From contig VJWM01000151.1 in the NCBI GenBank assembly GCA_010909165.1, positions 1 to 64,000 on the forward strand: a stretch of 64,000 bases of DNA, read 5' to 3'. A program made the translations under genes and the position numbers. This DNA comes from Anthoceros angustus (lineage: Eukaryota; Plantae; Anthocerotophyta). Below are positions 62,601 through 64,000 of the stretch, one piece after another (positions within the stretch are counted from its first letter, which is position 1; each line of letters begins with the position of its first letter). The notes below the pieces were generated by a model. That model was given only the letters and a program-made list of their open reading frames with translations. It had not been told where the DNA came from and did no database searches.

Positions 62601-64000
62601 TAGAAGCCATACGGAAAATAAAGACTACAAGAAAAATAGTATGGTATTTGCGCCAACAGCCCGTCCTTATGCGGAAAAAGTCGCTAGCATGCAATCATTG
62701 TACGTCGAGGAAATGCTTCAATTGATGGAACAATTACGACAACAACATAGCTGGAAAAACGAGATACTACGTCGAAATAGCCGATGAATTGGCTCAATCA
62801 CAAAAGTGTCCCATCAATTATTTCCAAACTAGGCAATGCTACACCTATAATTTTAATGAGATCAAGGCCTCATTTGATCGCAAAAGCGAAGAGGAAAAAT
62901 TGGAAAAATGGAAAGTGCTTGCATATGGACTTCAAGTACGAATGGAACAATTTCTTGCAATAAGCAATTTACCTAAGCCAAGTCCTTCATATGACAACAA
63001 CTGGATCAACATCGACATTATGTGAAAGAAAATAATGAAATTGGATGGATAGATCAAATGTTATTGCACAAGACGATGTCCCACAAAATGTTGCCCCACA
63101 AGAAACTACAATAAAAGAAGGAGTATAAATCAAGATTTATGTGAAAACAATGTCGACCACACTCCAAAATTTTATGATAGGAAGCCTGGATATAAAAACC
63201 CCAATCATATTGAAGGATGCCCTACGGCATATGTTGAAAAGTTATGCGAAAATTCCTAATACAAGGGTCCCATCACCTAGTTCGTGTTGGATCCAATCAT
63301 GGTCAAGAGTATCCTCCAAGGTTATTCAAAATTCCTAATACAAGGGTCACTAATACAAACACGAAAAGCAATATGGTAATGGTAACAACCCGTCCTTCTC
63401 TAGAAAATCCTAGTACCATGCAACCATTGCATGACGCAGAAAATAAAATGCTTCAATTCATGAAAACAATGAGGACAACATAGGAGAAATAATGAGACAA
63501 TGCTTGCTGAAACAGCTAATGAAATGGCGCAAATGTGTCAAACTGTCCCATCAATCATTTCCAAATAAGAGAAAGCTACACCATTAATCTATCTTTAATG
63601 CAATCAAGGCCTCATTTGATCGCAAAACGAAGAGGAGAATTTGGGAAAATGAAAAGTGCTTGGATATAGACGTCAAATACGAAAGAAACAATTTCTTGCA
63701 CTAGCAATTTACCTAAGCCAAGTCCTTCATATGACAACAACTGGATCAACATCGACATTATGTGAAAGAAAATAATGAAATTGGATGGATAGATCAAATG
63801 TTATTGCACAAGACGATGTCCCACAAATGTTGCCCCACAAGAAACTACAATAAAAGAAGGAGTATAAATCAAGATTTATGTGAAAACAATGTCTACCACA
63901 CTCCAAAATTTTATGATAGGAAGCCTGGATATAAAAACCCCAATCATATTGAAGGATGCCCTACGGCATATGTTGAAAAGTTATGCGAAAATTCCTAATA
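41646..64000 (+). repeat. Macrosatellite: head-to-tail ~3.85-kb units with internal duplications, running off the window end
   Basis: Marker TTGATAGATAAATCAATGTG near 41652, 43321, 47212, 52031 and 57904. Spacings of 3891, 4819 and 5873 reduce to ~3.83-3.89 kb after removing the 983-bp and 2046-bp internal duplications. Confidence 0.95.
42223..42537 (+). repeat. Third LTR copy, inside a 1.69-kb tandem duplication of ~40440-42139
   Basis: Preceded by the chromodomain tail and PPT, and followed by the same AGGATGACTAC flank as the 3' LTR. Confidence 0.9.

Overview
Land-plant-type nuclear repeat-rich DNA. No intact host gene, rRNA, tRNA or CRISPR array is supported. From left to right: (1) 0.4-2.8 kb, a cluster of short palindromes, a broken acidic ORF and a 42-bp x5 higher-order minisatellite. 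(2) 6.0-11.2 kb, a minus-strand non-autonomous LTR element with ~1.35-kb LTRs and only ~420 bp of internal sequence; one LTR carries a 2-kb insertion. (3) 11.4-18.0 kb, a decayed CACTA/En-Spm transposon with transposase motifs, subterminal repeats and a right TIR. (4) 18.4-19.2 kb, LTR fragments and a (TAT)n tract. (5) 21.3-41.6 kb, two copies of a ~5.2-kb unit holding an F-box/kelch-like remnant, an unknown Glu/Tyr-repeat ORF and a non-chromovirus integrase fragment. Copy 2 is interrupted by an 8.5-kb Ty3/gypsy chromovirus (32308-40854, TSD AGGAT) and copy 1 preserves the empty site. (6) 41.6-64 kb, a tandem array of a ~3.85-kb unit that reads as a decayed, internally repetitive, possibly gag-derived ORF. 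From 36.7 kb onward there are eight direct jump-back duplications (0.4-2 kb) at short homologies. Near-identical copies differ mostly by 1-2 nt indels, so many frameshifts and some duplications may be long-read or assembly error. Domain calls come from motif recognition by eye, not from database searches.
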